Positions 36,305 to 49,825 are shown, counted from the first letter of the stretch. The stretch: 64,000 bases of DNA from Mobula hypostoma (GCF_963921235.1 NC_086097.1:60142001-60206000), one strand, 5' to 3'. Made by a program: numbers and translations. The notes: generated by a model not told the origin, from the sequence alone.

Positions 36305-36410
36305 AACAGCACCTCACATCAAAGTTGCTGGTGAACGCAGCAGGCCAGGCAGCATCTATAGGAAGAGGCGCAGTCGACGTTTCAGGCCGAGACCCTTCGT
36401 CAGGACCTGA
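36305..36410 (-). mobile_element. Penelope-like pLTR fragment
   Basis: Near-identical to 2415-2492. Confidence 0.8.
36371..36407 (-). ncRNA. Minimal type-I hammerhead ribozyme motif (PLE-type)
   Basis: Minus strand reads GGTC-CTGACGA-AGGGTCTCGGCCT-GAAAC-GTC-GACTG: complete core, stem II AGG/CCT, stem I GGTC/GACT, GUC cleavage triplet and a palindromic ACGT in place of stem III. Confidence 0.7.
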
Positions 36411-37097
36411 CAGACCCCCTGGCCTTTTCCATGCAAGACAAAACAGTGGTTGCATGGGAACATCACCTTCAAGCTGCATTTGGCATTGACCTTCAAATAT
36501 TTTGATGTTCCTTTGTTGACAATGAAACTAAATTCTGGAAATCCCCACTCAAGAATATTGCACAAGAACATACAACAGAAAAACCATAGCAGTCCAGGAA
36601 TGTGGCCACTATGAGGAACAAATACTGTCCTTAAGAGCAATATACATATCCTGAAGTAATTAATAAGAAAATAATTTTCAGCATCTGAGCATCATTGGTA
36701 AGGCCAATATTTGTTTCCCTCGGGAAGGTGATGTCATGAAATTTCTTTTTGAATAACTGTATACCTTATGGGAGCAAGTTACAGGACTTAGGCGCAATGA
36801 TGACGATGGACCAGCAATATAGTTTCAAATCAGGATGAGGTGTGATTTGGAGGGAAAACCTACAGGTGCTGCCATTGTCCTTCTTGGAAGTAAAGGTGAC
36901 TAGTTTGGAAAGTCAAAGTCAAAGTGGAGCTGATTTGCACAAGTGCATAGGTGCTATGTGAAACTTGTAGTCATCAGTATCATTGACAGAAAAAAACATG
37001 CATTAAATGTATATTATACACAATCTTTAAGGAAGAATACAATTAGAACAAAAAAGAATGGTCCCATTTTAGTGCAATATGATTGAAATGATCATGG

Positions 37098-40000
37098 TGT
37101 AGGATAATGTAAGGGCTGGAAATATATGCATAATTCATAACACTGACATTAAGTTGGGGTTCCCTTTAAGAATCTTGTCTAACATGATGATGTAATGATA
37201 TTAAGTTCTTTACCACATTTTATGTTCTGTGTCTGATTGAGAATAAAAGAATTGTTACAATTTCCCTTAAACGTAAGACACCTCTACCATCTACGAAAAT
37301 CTACCGTATATTGGTAACCCCCATGGTCTCTGACGATTCCAGATTTATTAAACATGTTGGCCAACAGTTGCATTAAAATTGCTGGAGTTTTGGCAGCAAA
37401 CTGCTGTTGTTTGGTTTGTAGAAGCCGAGGCCCAATTTGCCCTGCAAGAAATCTCCATGGACGACACCAGATATTACTACATAATAGCGTTGGTCAATAG
37501 TTCCACGACAACAAAAGTGATGAGACTGATTGAACACCCGCTTGAACGTGAAAAATATGGCATTCTGAAAACTCACCTTTTACAAACCTTTTTGACGATT
37601 GGAGTCTGAGCGTGCCGAACAGTTGCTCTCCTTGCCCAGCCTGGGGAATACTAGGTCTTTGGAGATAATGGACCATATGCTGACACTCCTGGGAAATCAC
37701 CATCCTTGTTTTGTTGTTAAAGAACTCTTCATGCAGCAAATGCCCGATTAAGCTCGCATAGCCTTTGCTAATGCACCTGTGAAGGACTTGCTAAAATATC
37801 TGATAGTCTACACTCAGCCAGGCAGAGGTGCATAATTCCTCCTGTCTCTGTCTCAATAAGCTTGGTTAGCAGGGCCTCCAACACATGCACATTCACGGCT
37901 ATGAAACAGATAATGGGTGTTAATGCTTTTTCATCCTCATTGTAGTGTGACCGCCAGGAAGTGCCAACCTCCTTGTAGCTTCGATCAGAAGTTTAAGAGC
38001 AATGAAACCCCACTGGAGGCTGCCTACAGTAGCAGGATTCAGACTTACGGGAACCGACGGATGATGCTCTGCTTCACTTGGAATTTTGTCCTGGCTAAAG
38101 TGGCTAGACCTCTGCTCTGTGCAGATTTTTTGTGTGCTCAAGGACCATTAGTTGATCTTAAGAACTACAGGCTTGTAGATGTCAGGGACTTTGGGTCATT
38201 ACCCTGCTCCCCCAGTAAGTTCCCAATAATGACTCCATCAAACACTGGCACCATTGGATGTGAGTTCACTTAACTGCTGAGTGAATTTGCAAACCTCACC
38301 AAGCCCATGTTGTCTACCACAGTCACAAAACATGGGGACAAACACCACATTTCCACAACTGGTCTGCCGGTCCATGCCCATGCACATCGACTGGACCTAG
38401 AAAAGCTGGTAAAGGCTTGGTATTGTATGCCAGTCAAATAGCCCCTGGGCTTCACCCTTCCATGTGGTCCCTAAATCCAGTGGAGGTTTCTGCCAACGTG
38501 ACGATTACAGCTGTCTTAATGAGGTCACCACTCCGGATCATTATCCCATCCCACACATCCAAAACTTTTTGCCATATTTAACCAGAATGTTAATTTTTTC
38601 TAAAGTTGATTTAATTAGGGGCTACCATCAGGTAGGTGCCTGAGTGCTCAGAGGACATTCCCAAGGCAGGTGTGATAACGCACCTTGGCCTCTTTGAGTT
38701 TCTGCGCATGCTGCTTGGTCTGGAAAATCCAGCACAGACTTTCCAACAGCTGATGAACTCTGTATTAAAATACTTGGATTTATATTGTTTACCTGGATGA
38801 CAAACTGAACACATATCATATCTCCGCACACTTTTTGAGTGCCCACGCCATCATGAGTTGATTACTAATCCATCTAAAGGCCAGTTTGGGTTGGCAACTG
38901 TTGACTTTTTTGGCCCTCACATCTCCGGAGAAGCAACGAAAACCCACAAGTCATCGCTATAATAGATTTCCCACCACCGCAAACTACTAAAAAACTACAG
39001 GAGTTTTTTAGATATGGTGAATTTCTATCACTGCTTCATTCTACTGAACTTATGCTCCCCCTGTATAGTGCCCCAATCGCACGCTTGACTGGTTAGTGGA
39101 CCTGACCAAAACATTTGATGACACCAAATGAAGTCTTTCCAACATGACCCTACCGGCACACCCACTCCCAATGCACCTGTAGCCATTGCTACTGCCACTT
39201 CAGACTATGCTATGGGTGCTGTGCATGAACAGTTGATCGGAGGCGTATGGCAGCTGCTTGCCATTTTCAGCCAACAGCTCCATCCCCCCCCCCGCCCCAA
39301 AAGGAAGTACAGCATGCTTGACCACAAGCTTCTCAGTCTCTATTTAGCTGTCTGCCATTTTTGTTTTTTAACTAGTGAGTCACCACTTCACAGCGTTCAT
39401 TGACCACAAACCCCTCATGCACTTGATGGTCAAAATATCAGATCCCTGGTCTGCACACAGCAATACCACCTGGCCTACATATCAGAGTTCACAGCTGACA
39501 TACCACACATCAAGGGGAAAATAATATTATGCCTGATTGCCCCTCATGGCTAGCATTGATCCCATACACATCTTGACAGCTGACCAAACAACTGACCCAG
39601 AGGCCCAGGTTTACTGAACAGTAGCCATAGGCCTGCAATTGGCTGACATGAAGTTCAGGGAAGCTGTGGTTTCTCAGGGGAGCTGTGGTTTCTCTCCTGT
39701 GCAATGCCTCAACTGGTCACCCTCACCCCATAGTTCCTGCAAACTGGAAGTGCACTGTTTTTAACTCCATTCACAGCCTCTCAGACTGGGCCAGAAAGTG
39801 TCACTGAAACTGATTACACTAAAGTTTTTGTAGCACAGCCTTAGAAAGGACGTGCATGATTGGACTGCAGCCTGCGTTGAGTGCCAGCGGGTAAAAATTA
39901 ACCATCATGTTCAGGCATCATTGGCACCTTTAGAGATCACTGAGTGATGGTTTGACCATGCCAATGTGGACCTTATTCATCCTCGTCCCCCCTCCTGCAA

Positions 40001-41066
40001 TTTCATGCACTTCCCCACCGTGGTGGCACAACAACAGGTGGCCTGAAGTCATCACTCTGGCATTGACAATGACCGCTGATGTAGCGTGGGTGTTCATCAG
40101 CACCAGGGTTTCTCAGTTTGGTACCCCATGTGATATTTCCTCTGACTATGATCCCCAATTCATATCAGACCTCTGGACTGTGATGGTACAGAACCTTGGT
40201 GTTAGGCTGCATCATATCACGGCATATCATCTGCAATGGCCTATATGAGTGGTTTCACCGCTCCTTAAAGGCTGCACTTAGGGCTGAGTGTTCCCTATGG
40301 ATAAGTATTGGCATGGTTCTCTCCTGTGGGTCCTGCTAGAGCTCAGAATGGCTCCTAAAGAGGACTTACAGTCATCTGCGGCTGAGTTGGTATATATTCA
40401 ACTGTTACAAGTGCTAGGTAATTTTATTCCAGGTGCCACTACTGCTTGGCCAACCTCTTAACAGGGTTCCACCCTCCTTAGTAAACTCAATTCCTTTTCA
40501 CCTATTCCTATCTTCCATCATGGCATATAGCACCAGCATTCCGTTAGGCCCCCTTACACTGTCGTGTTCTGTGTTTTGGAAAAGAGAGAAAAGACTTTTA
40601 TTATAGATAGGCGGGATAAACCTGAAAGCATTTCCATAGATCGCCATAAACCCACCCACCAACACCGATTTGGAGGATTCCACCATCGTGCCCCCGACGG
40701 CAAGACATGACCATAAGCATGTCAACGCACCCTTGGATGAGCCAGGGGCACCTGTTGTTACTCCACCCATGGAACATCGGACCTTATCCGAGTGGCCCGT
40801 CTGAGCTCCAGACAGACTTACAAAGCTAGTTTTGGTGAATTCTGGAGGAGGGGAGACTGTGTAAGATAATGTAAGGGTTGGAAACATACGCGTAATTTAC
40901 AGCCACTGACATTGAGTTGGTGCTCACTTTCAGAGGTGGTCTGGCATGATGTTGCAATCATGTACAGTTTTTTTTTACCATGCTTTATGTTTTTTTTGGT
41001 TACGATTAAAAGCGTTGTTACAGTTTCCCTTAAACATCTCTGCTGCTTTACTTACAAAGGTCTACA
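37098..41066 (+). mobile_element. Complete decayed Gypsy LTR retrotransposon, CsRN1-like clade
   Basis: LTRs at about 37098-37310 and 40860-41066; 4-bp TSD ATGG (37094-37097, 41067-41070); PBS TGGTAACCCC (37312, tRNA-Trp type); PPT GGAGGAGGGGAG. Gag EFWQQTAVVWFVEAEAQFAL with H-x9-C-x3-C, plus RT, RNase H (ATSDYAMGAV) and integrase (ISSDYDPQFIS) remnants. Confidence 0.85.
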
Positions 41067-42028
41067 ATGGTGTTGTTAAACTGTGATGATCTGAGTAGTG
41101 CTGACTGGTTCAAGAATTGAATAGTTGAAGGGAAGCAGCTGTACTTGAACCCGGTGGTGTAGGACTTTAGGCTTCTGTCGCTCTTGGTGCAAGATGGAAG
41201 AAGATGACATAGCCTGGATAGTGGGGATCTTTGATAATGAATATTATCTTGACACAAGACCTGCTGTAGATACTACTGATGGCGGGGAGGTACGTGATCT
41301 GACTCCACCACTTTCCGCGGTTTCTTTTGTTCTGATGCATTCAGGTTGCCATTCAAAATCATAATATAATCAGCCAAATTACTTTCAACAGTACATCTGT
41401 AGAAGTTTCTTAGAGTGTCCTTAATCTTCCTTGTGATCATGAATTGTATCAATGTGCTGGGCCCAGGACTGTTCACTGAAATGTTAACATTCATGAATTT
41501 GAAGCTGCTGACTTTCTGATCCCCAAATGTAAACTTCTCCCTCCTGAAGTCAACAATGAGCTATTTAGTTTTACTGACATTAATCAAAAGTTTGCTGTTA
41601 CAGCAGCCCTCAATTAGGTGTCCCATCTTACTCTGGTAGGCTGCCTCATTACTATCTGTGATTCATCCAACAACAGTAGGTTCATTGGCAGGTATTCAGA
41701 TGGCATTTGAGCTGTGCTTAGCCACACAATCAAGTGTGTACAGAGAATAGAGCAGGAATCTATGCATGCAACCTTGAAGTGTGCCTATGCTGATGGTCAG
41801 CAAGGAAGAGATGCTATTACCGTTCTCACTGATTGTGGTCTGCCAATGACGAAATTAGGAACCAGTTGTAGAGAAATGCACAGATGCCCATGATGATGAT
41901 TTTGTTGATCACAAACGTGTGGTCAATGACATATGAGTTCCTGTTGAGTGAGAGAAATTGGAGTGTCCTGGATGAACAACTACAGAGTGCTCTGTGGATG
42001 GTAATGGTTGCAGCCTTTGTGCACCAGT

Positions 42029-42453
42029 CCCTCAAGAGGACCACAACCTTGCCATTTGGTGTGGAAGCTTGTGTGCCTTAATAACCCAGAGAGTTATGTT
42101 AACTGGAGTCAGGGCTTAATGCTTTGGCTCTTGGTAGGGTCACCCATGCCAAACAGGTCAAAGGGTAGAGGCCAGACTAAGAGTGTCCACTATTCCTGCA
42201 GGTTCAGGTGTTCAGCTCAGGGCTAACAACCCTGACAGGTAAAACAAAATTGTTATGGAAACAGTAAAGAAGAACCTTATTCTACATTTGAGTGTGATGG
42301 TATTCCTGATTCTCCACCTGGGACTCTCATGACTGACAGTAGTGAAAACCAAGAAGAAGCCATTGGCATGATGAAGGAAGTCCTGAATACCACCAGAGAT
42401 GGAGGATCTTCATTGCTACCCTAGATGCCAATGGTGTAACGGCCAGTAAATAA
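42029..42453 (+). mobile_element. Bipartite non-autonomous RTE derivative (5' UTR fused to 3' end)
   Basis: TSD GTGCACCAGT / GTGTACCAGT (42019-42028, 42454-42463). The 5' part GGACCACAACCTTGCC...GTAGGGTCACCCATGCCAAACAGGTC...GGGCTAACAACCCT resembles BovB/Expander 5' UTRs. The 3' part is homologous to the RTE end at 23430-23490. Confidence 0.75.
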
Positions 42454-42649
42454 GTGTACCAGTGATGGATGGAATAAGTGGTTGGATTAGTTGAGGGGTT
42501 GTCAGTTAGCAGACTGTTTTGCTCTGGATGTTGTCGAGCCTTTTGAGAGTTGTTGATGCTGCACCCATCAGGCAAGTGGTGAGCTTTCCATCATACACTT
42601 GAATTATGCCTTATAGATCATGCAACGTCAATGAAGTCTCAGGAAGTGA

Positions 42650-43150
42650 GTCAAGTTCAATTGAAACATACATGAATACAACCAAGCAAAACATTGTTAC
42701 TCTGAGGCCAAGGTGAAAAACAAAGTAACAACAGTCATACACAGCACAAGGCACATATAGCACCGTAGTAAGACCGTAGTAAAGTACAATCATATAAAAA
42801 ATGTATTGCAAGTCCCTGAGTCCATGAATGTTGCAGTAGTCTGCAGTCGAACACAATAAAGCTTGTCCTCCACTGGGTGAATACTGGGATTCCAGCATGG
42901 ATGTTGTGCCACACAGCTTCAAGCACTCCGGTGGAGCGCTTGACTCTGCCACCTCCGCTTGGGTGGCTGCAAATAGGCGGCACCTTAGCTCGAGGCCTAG
43001 TCCAAACTGCACTCGAAGCCACACAGCTCTCCGGCCATCTGCCCCCTCTATTCACCAATAAACCAATGATTGGACTTGCATCTATCCACACCAGCAAAGT
43101 CCAAAAGGATCTTGCAATCGCAAGAAAAGCAGTTAGGATGATAACTCACA
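42650..43150 (-). mobile_element. SINE-like non-coding retroposon
   Basis: (TTGAAC)-type tail at 42650-42665 on the minus strand and a GC-richer body; no credible ORF. Confidence 0.4.
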
Positions 43151-44184
43151 GGATATCTAGTGTCTTCCTGGCTCTGGAACCCATATGTTTAATTTTCAGT
43201 AAGTTACTGGAGCAATGTTTAATGTATACTACGTAACTGAAAGGATGAAGAAAAGACCCCATGAGGTCTCCACTAAGAAGATAGGACAGTGCGGGGGTGC
43301 AACAGGAGGATTCCCAAATGACTGATAAACTATTTCCCGTCATATTTTTGCACAGCATGTCTGTAATTGACTTGTAATATCATCAAACAACCTATCTGAA
43401 AATATCATCAGAAGTATAAGATTCCAGCAGTGTTGAATAATTTTGTCATGGATTTAAATTTTACATAAATGACATTTGTTGCTTAGGTCTCATATTCAAT
43501 CCATTTGCAATTGAAAGTACAATCCAGCTGCAAGATCTCAATCTGCTGCAAATGATTCTGGCAGAAATGTTTTCTTCTCATGGGATGACAGGTGATTTGT
43601 CCTTTGAACGGGGTGAGGAATGGAGGTGCACTCAAGCATTTTAATTTGATTGTATACTGGATGGGGACTTAAATGGTTGCATATTAAGTATATGTGTTCT
43701 GTAAGTGCTTTTTGATGATTGAGGCCCCCATGCCCTTACAGTAACACCAACCTCACTTCCTGTACAGGTGTTAAAAGAAATTATTATATAAATGAATACA
43801 CCATGATGATGAAAACTGGGGTGTTACATCTCTATCACTGGAGTGGGTACAGTAGAGCAAGAGTCCTTGAAGACAACCATATGAGTTAACATGTTACATA
43901 AAACTGAAAATTAAAAAGAGCATCCTGGAAACACTTAGATGATACAGGAGAAATTGTGGAATGTAAGAGAAAGCCAATAGTTCAGAGCAATACTGTCCTC
44001 CCACAGGTAATGGTAAGAGAAAATCTGTGTTAAAGTATTCCAACTCAGGATGGTATATAACTTTAAAAAGTACTTACAGGTGATGGTGCTTTCCATTTAA
44101 CTGCCAACTCTCAGTGCCTGAGTTTATAGACTTCAGAATTGCTGTCAAAGAAGTCTTGGTGAGCTGTGCAATCACTTAAGAAAG

Positions 44185-44776
44185 TATGCCGTATATCGGT
44201 GAGACCCAACATACATTGGAATTCCCATTCCAATATATCAATCCATGGCCTCCTCTACTGCCACGATGAGGCCATACTCAGGTTGTAGGAACAACACTCT
44301 ATATTCCATCTGACGGCATGATCATTGATTTCTGGAACTTCTGGCAATTGCCCGCCCTTCTCTTCTTCACCATTCCTCATTTCCATTTCCCTCTCTCACG
44401 TTATCTCCTTACCTGTCCATCACCTCCCTCTGGTGCTCCTCCCCCTTCCCTTTCTTTCATGTCTCTCTGTCCTCTCTTATCAGATCCTCCCTTCTCCAGA
44501 ACTTCATTTCTTTCATCAACTGATTTCCCAGCTCTTTACTTCATCCCTCCCCTTCTCCCAATTCTGTCTATCATCTACCACCCTGTACTTCTTCCTCTCC
44601 TCCCCCCAATTTCTTACACTAAGATCTCATTTCTTTGTTTCTAGTCCTGATGAAGGGTTTTGGCTCAAACTTCAACTGTTTATTCTTTTTCATAGATGCT
44701 GTCTGGTCTGCTGAGTTCCTCCAGCGTTTTGTGTGTACTACTTTGATTTCCAGCATTAGCAGATTTTCTCTTGTTT
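44185..44776 (+). mobile_element. Penelope-like element 3' fragment with pLTR and degenerate hammerhead
   Basis: YIGET (TATATCGGTGAGACC), GIY-YIG C-terminal remnant, pyrimidine-rich UTR and AGTCCTGATGAAGGGTTTTGGCTCAAAC (44643-44670). Confidence 0.75.
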
Positions 44777-44779
44777 GAA

Positions 44780-46430
44780 ATAGGAACAGGAGTAGGATAT
44801 CGGCCCTTCAAGCCTGCTCAACCACTCACTGGGATGATTCATGATTTTCTACCTCAACATCATTTTTGATCTTCACCCTCATAATCACTAAACCCCTCAA
44901 TATGCAGAGATCAATTAGATTCTTTACTGAATAAGTCCTTAAGTCATAGTTGCAGGATTAGGCCACTCAGCCAATCCAGTCTGCTCTGCTATTCCATTAT
45001 GGCTGATATATTCTGCCTCAGTCCCAGTCTCCTCCCTTCTCCCCATAACCTTTAACGCCTTCACTAATCTAGAACATATCAACCTCTGCTTTAAATATAC
45101 CCAATGACCTAGCCTCCACAGCTGTTTATGACAATGAATTCCATAGATTCGCCACCCTCTGGCAGAAGAACTTCTTCCTCATCTCTGTTCTAAAGGCACA
45201 TCCTCTGTTGTGAGACAGTGCTCCCTGGTCACAGAATCCCCCACTATAGGACACATCCTCTTCATATCCACTCTATCTCAGCTTTTTTAATTTCGTTAAC
45301 CTTCAGGGAATTCTGCATGAGGACTCTCAAGTCCCTTTGCACCTTTGATTTTTGAAATTTTCTCCCCGTTTAGCAAATAGTCTGTGCCTTTATTCCTTCT
45401 TCCAAAGTGTATGACCATACACTATATTTCATCAGCCACTTCTTTTCTCATTCTCCTAACCTAGGTCCTTCTACAGACTCCCTACTTTCTCAACATGATC
45501 TGCTTCTCCACCTATCCTCATATGTCTGCAAACTAGGCCATAAAGGCATCAATTCTGTCATCCAAATCATTGACATATCAAGTGAAAAAAAAACACTCCC
45601 AACACTGACCCCTGTGGCAGCCAACCACAAAAGGCTCTCTTTATTCCCACACTTCACCTCCTGATGGTCAGCTAATCTTGTATCCATGCTAGTATCTTTC
45701 CTGTAATACCACGGGCTCTTATCTTGTTTAGCAGTCACATATGCAGCATCTTTCTGAAAATCCAAGTAAACAGCATCCACTGACTCTCCTTTGCCTATCC
45801 TGCCTGAATGACAGGACTGATCTTCCATAGGCTTCCACTGTAGAGAATTTCCTTATCAATACCGTTTAAGAAGTTTACATGTTGCAAAATGTTATCTCCA
45901 AATCTTCCTTGAAACCTAGGGAATGTAATCCCGGTCTACCCATGCAGCAACCCAGCATCTCTGGAGTGCATACTTGTTCCCTTCCTCTATGACAAGGAGA
46001 TCCTTCCTTATGTGTGCTGACCAGACTTGTACACAGTTTTCCAGGTGTGGATTTACCATTTGGTCCTATACAAACAATAGAGTCTTGCTTACTCCTATAT
46101 TCGATTTCTCCTGTAATAAAGGTAAACGTGCAATTTGCCCTTGTAATCACTAGCTTGACCTAATTGTTGGCCTTCAGTGACTTGTGTCTATGCACATCTA
46201 GGTCTATTAAACAACAGCATTACCCCTTTTCACCATTTAACACTTTGTGCACCGAAGTGTTATGGAAAATACTTGACAAGGTATATACGATCTACCATAT
46301 TCTAGCCCACTACCTCACATTTTGATTCTCTCTTTATATAACTGTATCAAAACTGCCCTTAAATCCTCCACCCTCAGAGCCCATATACGCCCAGTCCTGG
46401 TTTTGTATTGTCAGCAAACTTGGAAATACA
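44780..46430 (-). mobile_element. Cluster of old CR1 fragments
   Basis: CR1 3' UTR motifs at 44780 and 44945; GESVDAVYLDFQKD and ANCTFTFITGEIEYRSK remnants. Confidence 0.65.
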
Positions 46431-48467
46431 GTCAACACACACAAAATACTGAAGGAAATCAGCAAGCCAGGCAGCATCTGTGGAAAAAAGTAAAGTTTCG
46501 GGCCAAGATGTTTAATGTATTGCTCTGTACCACTGCCACAATAGAAAAAATCATGACATATATGAGTGATGATAAACTTGATTCTGATATGGGTCTCTAT
46601 TGTGGACTGGGAGTGGGAGGAGGCAGGGAGAGGAGAATCTCAGTCGGGAAAAGGGAAAGGGAGAGTGAAGGGTGAGGGAAGCACCAGAGAGTCATTCTGT
46701 AATGATCAATAACCCAATTGTTTGGAATCAAATTACCTTGCCTGGTGTCTCGGGGCTGGCACTCCTTCTTTGCTGCCTGTCCCACTTCCCTCCCTCGATG
46801 CTCCACACTCGCCATTCCCAACATCCTCTGCTCCTGCCAAATTTACAAACTTGCTCTCTACTCCACGTTGACACATACAGTACTGTGCTAAAGTCTTCGG
46901 CACCCTAGCCATACACATGTGCCTAAGACTTTTGCACAGTTCTGTATGTAATTTGGTCCTCTCAGCCAGTTCATGGACATGGATAAAGGAAGTCTAGGAT
47001 ACTAATCCTTATGTTACTCCACTTACCAACCAGAGTATGATCCTTTTCTTCACAAACCCTGTTTTATTTGGAGATAGCCTGGCTCCTGTGAGGCATAAAT
47101 GTTACTTAATGTTAATCAGGACATGCATAAGCATGGTACATGGGCACAAATTATTTCTGTATCAAAAGAATAGAAATGAATAATAACAATCAAGATTGAA
47201 AATATCTGCATTTGCCATTATGATGAAGGTAAAATTATTTGTGAAATCTAAGGTAGTTTGGCCTGGGATAATCTCCATAGGATTTATTGCAGTGATGTTC
47301 TATATAGGTCAAGAGGAGGTCAAATGTATTATGAGTGGTAGTTGATGTAGATTGACATCATGTCAATGTGCAGAACTGAGGGACAGAAAAGATCCTTCAT
47401 CTGCTCCATATCATGATTGTTGAAGCACCTTGGTTAAAGATCTTATTCCTCCAACTTACCTAACCCTCTCCCACCCATATACCCCAGCCACAATGTATTC
47501 TGGGGCAGATAATCTAAGTAACAAAAATGCAGAGCCCAGGAAAGAAAATTCTCTGGAATGCTCTTCATTGATTCCCTTAGGTAGTCTAAACCAATCCATG
47601 GAATCACATGCAATGAGCATCTGGGTTTGCGTCTAAAGGTGAATGATTGCCTTGTAGCCAGGAACAATAATAACTCTTAGAGTGATGGGTGTAGCATTAA
47701 CTGCTTCTGCGTTCTTCCTTCAAGCAGCCAATCATCTTCATATCTTGGCTTCAGTGCCCAATATCCCTCCCATTTGCTTTCCCGTTTCGAACCTACGGAT
47801 GTGCAGAGTTGAGTTAGAGAATCTGCAATCCGTCTGACCTCTAACAATCCCACAAGACTGTTGCTGTTCTGATCATACAAATAAAGGTATTGTTAGGTTA
47901 CCGCAGAACTTCCAAAAAATTCTCCAGAATTTCTTCTTTCTCCAAAAGGGGCTATACTGGATTCATTCCACTTGCGTGATGAACATTCTTGAAGAAAATA
48001 TTATATCATAGGCAATTTAAATTCCACCTGAATATAATCAGAAGGGAAGAATTTAATCAAGCATGTTTCATAAGTTAAAATAGTGAACACATTATTTTTA
48101 ATGATAGTGATGCTTTTTTTACAGTTTCAGTTCAAAATATGCTAAAATACTGGTCCATATTTAGCTGATCTGACATTCTAATTAGAATTCTTTTCTCCAA
48201 AACATATTTTATGAATTTCAAAAGACTATATGAGAGAACCTTTAATGGTTAGCTCTATCATTGCAGTTTTTGAAATTCTACCTTTAAACCTATTAACACG
48301 AGCAGTGAAAATACTTCCTGCGTCACTCAGGAAGTAAAATGCTTTTTTTAATTTTCTGCTGCATCAGTCAAGAAGACTTGCAGCTGTCTTTGATCTCTGC
48401 TGCAGAGACATAAGTACAGCAGGCAGAACATGAAAGTTTTCTACATCAAACAAGATTAAATTAAAAG

Positions 48468-49825
48468 TTCATAGTTCAAAGTAAATTTATTATCAAAGTG
48501 CATGTATGTGTTTCCATGTACTACCTTGAGATTTATTTTCTTGCAGGTATTTGCAGGAAAAAAAGAAAATACAATAGAACTTTAAAAAAATAAGTCTGAC
48601 AAACAACCAATTTGCAAAAAACAGACTACATAATAAAATACTGGGAACATGAGCTTTAAACAGTCATTGAAAGCGAGACTGTAGGTTGTAAACTTAATTC
48701 AGAGTCGTGGTGATTGAAGTTATCATCACTGGTTTGGGAACTTGATAGTTGTAGGGTAATAACTGGTGGTGTGGGACCTCAGCTCTTCGTACCTCCTGCG
48801 AAGATAATAGTGAGAAAAGGCATGACCTGGTTGGTGGTGGGAGAATCATAGTCTGCTGAGGGCTAGATCTGTAGCATTCAAGAATGGTGACTCAGAACTT
48901 TACAGGAAGTCTTGGTACAATGTATGGAGGGTGAAAGAAAAACAGTTTGGATGAATGTCAGTTCTGGCAGGGTTTGCAGGCTATTACTTATAGCAAAGTG
49001 AATTCTAACATCATGAATGGCTGTGATGCTTCACTCCCAGATGAGCTCCTTGCCTTTTATGCATGCTTTGAAAAGGGGAATACCTGTGTGAATCCCTGCA
49101 ATCTCTTTCTTGGGGGCTGACATCAGAACACCTTTCAAGATGGTGAACTCTTGCAAGGCATCAGGCCCTGACGGTGTACCAGGCAGGGCTCTCAAAACCT
49201 GTGCTAACCTGTGTTCAAGGACACCTTCAGTCTCTCACTGCTGTAGTCGGAGGTTCCCATCTGCTTTAAAAGGGGACAATCATACCAGTGCCCAAGAGAG
49301 CAGTGTGAGCTGCCTTTACAGCTATCACACAGTAGCATAAACTTCTGCTGTAATGAACTATGCTGAGAAGTTGAAGCCACATACTCAGCATTTCAAGAAC
49401 AGTTCTCCCCTCACCATCAGATTTCTGATTGGACAATGAACCAACAAACACTAACTCACTATTGTCCCACTCTTTTTTCACTACTTATTGAATTTATCGT
49501 AACTTATAATTTTTATTATTATGTACTGCAGTGTACACTGCCCAAAAACAACAGATATCACCACATATGCCAGTGATATTAAATCTAGCTCTGATTCTGA
49601 TTCTGATTTGATGATGGATGCTGCTTCTTGCAGCAGTGCTCTATTTAAGTATACTCAATCATGGGGAGGGCTTCATCAGTGATGACCTTGACTGTACCAC
49701 CATTTTCTCGAGCCTTTTCCAATGCTGGGTATTAGTATTTCCATGCCAGGCCATCACGAAACCAACCTGCATCTACAGAAGTTTGACAAAGATTTTTGCT
49801 GACATGCTGAATCTACACAAACTTC
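48468..49825. mobile_element. Mosaic of Rex1/Babar-like fragments in both orientations
   Basis: AAAGTTCAAAGTAAATTTATTATCAAAGT tail at 48466-48500, KASGPDGVPGRALKTCA at 49110-49340, and (TCTGAT)n tail at 49590-49607. Confidence 0.65.

Larger units (their letters stand above)
36915..42650 (-). mobile_element. Rex1/Babar-like LINE remnant split by a Gypsy (37098-41066) and an RTE derivative (42029-42453)
   Basis: Tail (AAAGTC)n at about 36910. The 3' UTR resumes at 41067. ORF remnants include NFYRCTVES and LYNWFL. Confidence 0.6.

Noticed and set aside
36685..36910. Unique regulatory sequence
   Set aside because: It resembles 43990-44170 and looks like a decayed LINE 3' region; too degraded to classify.
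47443..47880. Minus-strand ORFs as host exons
   Set aside because: No recognisable protein or splice pattern. Faint resemblance to a very old L1-type endonuclease (ANGR, REFSF, LDY) is too weak to call.
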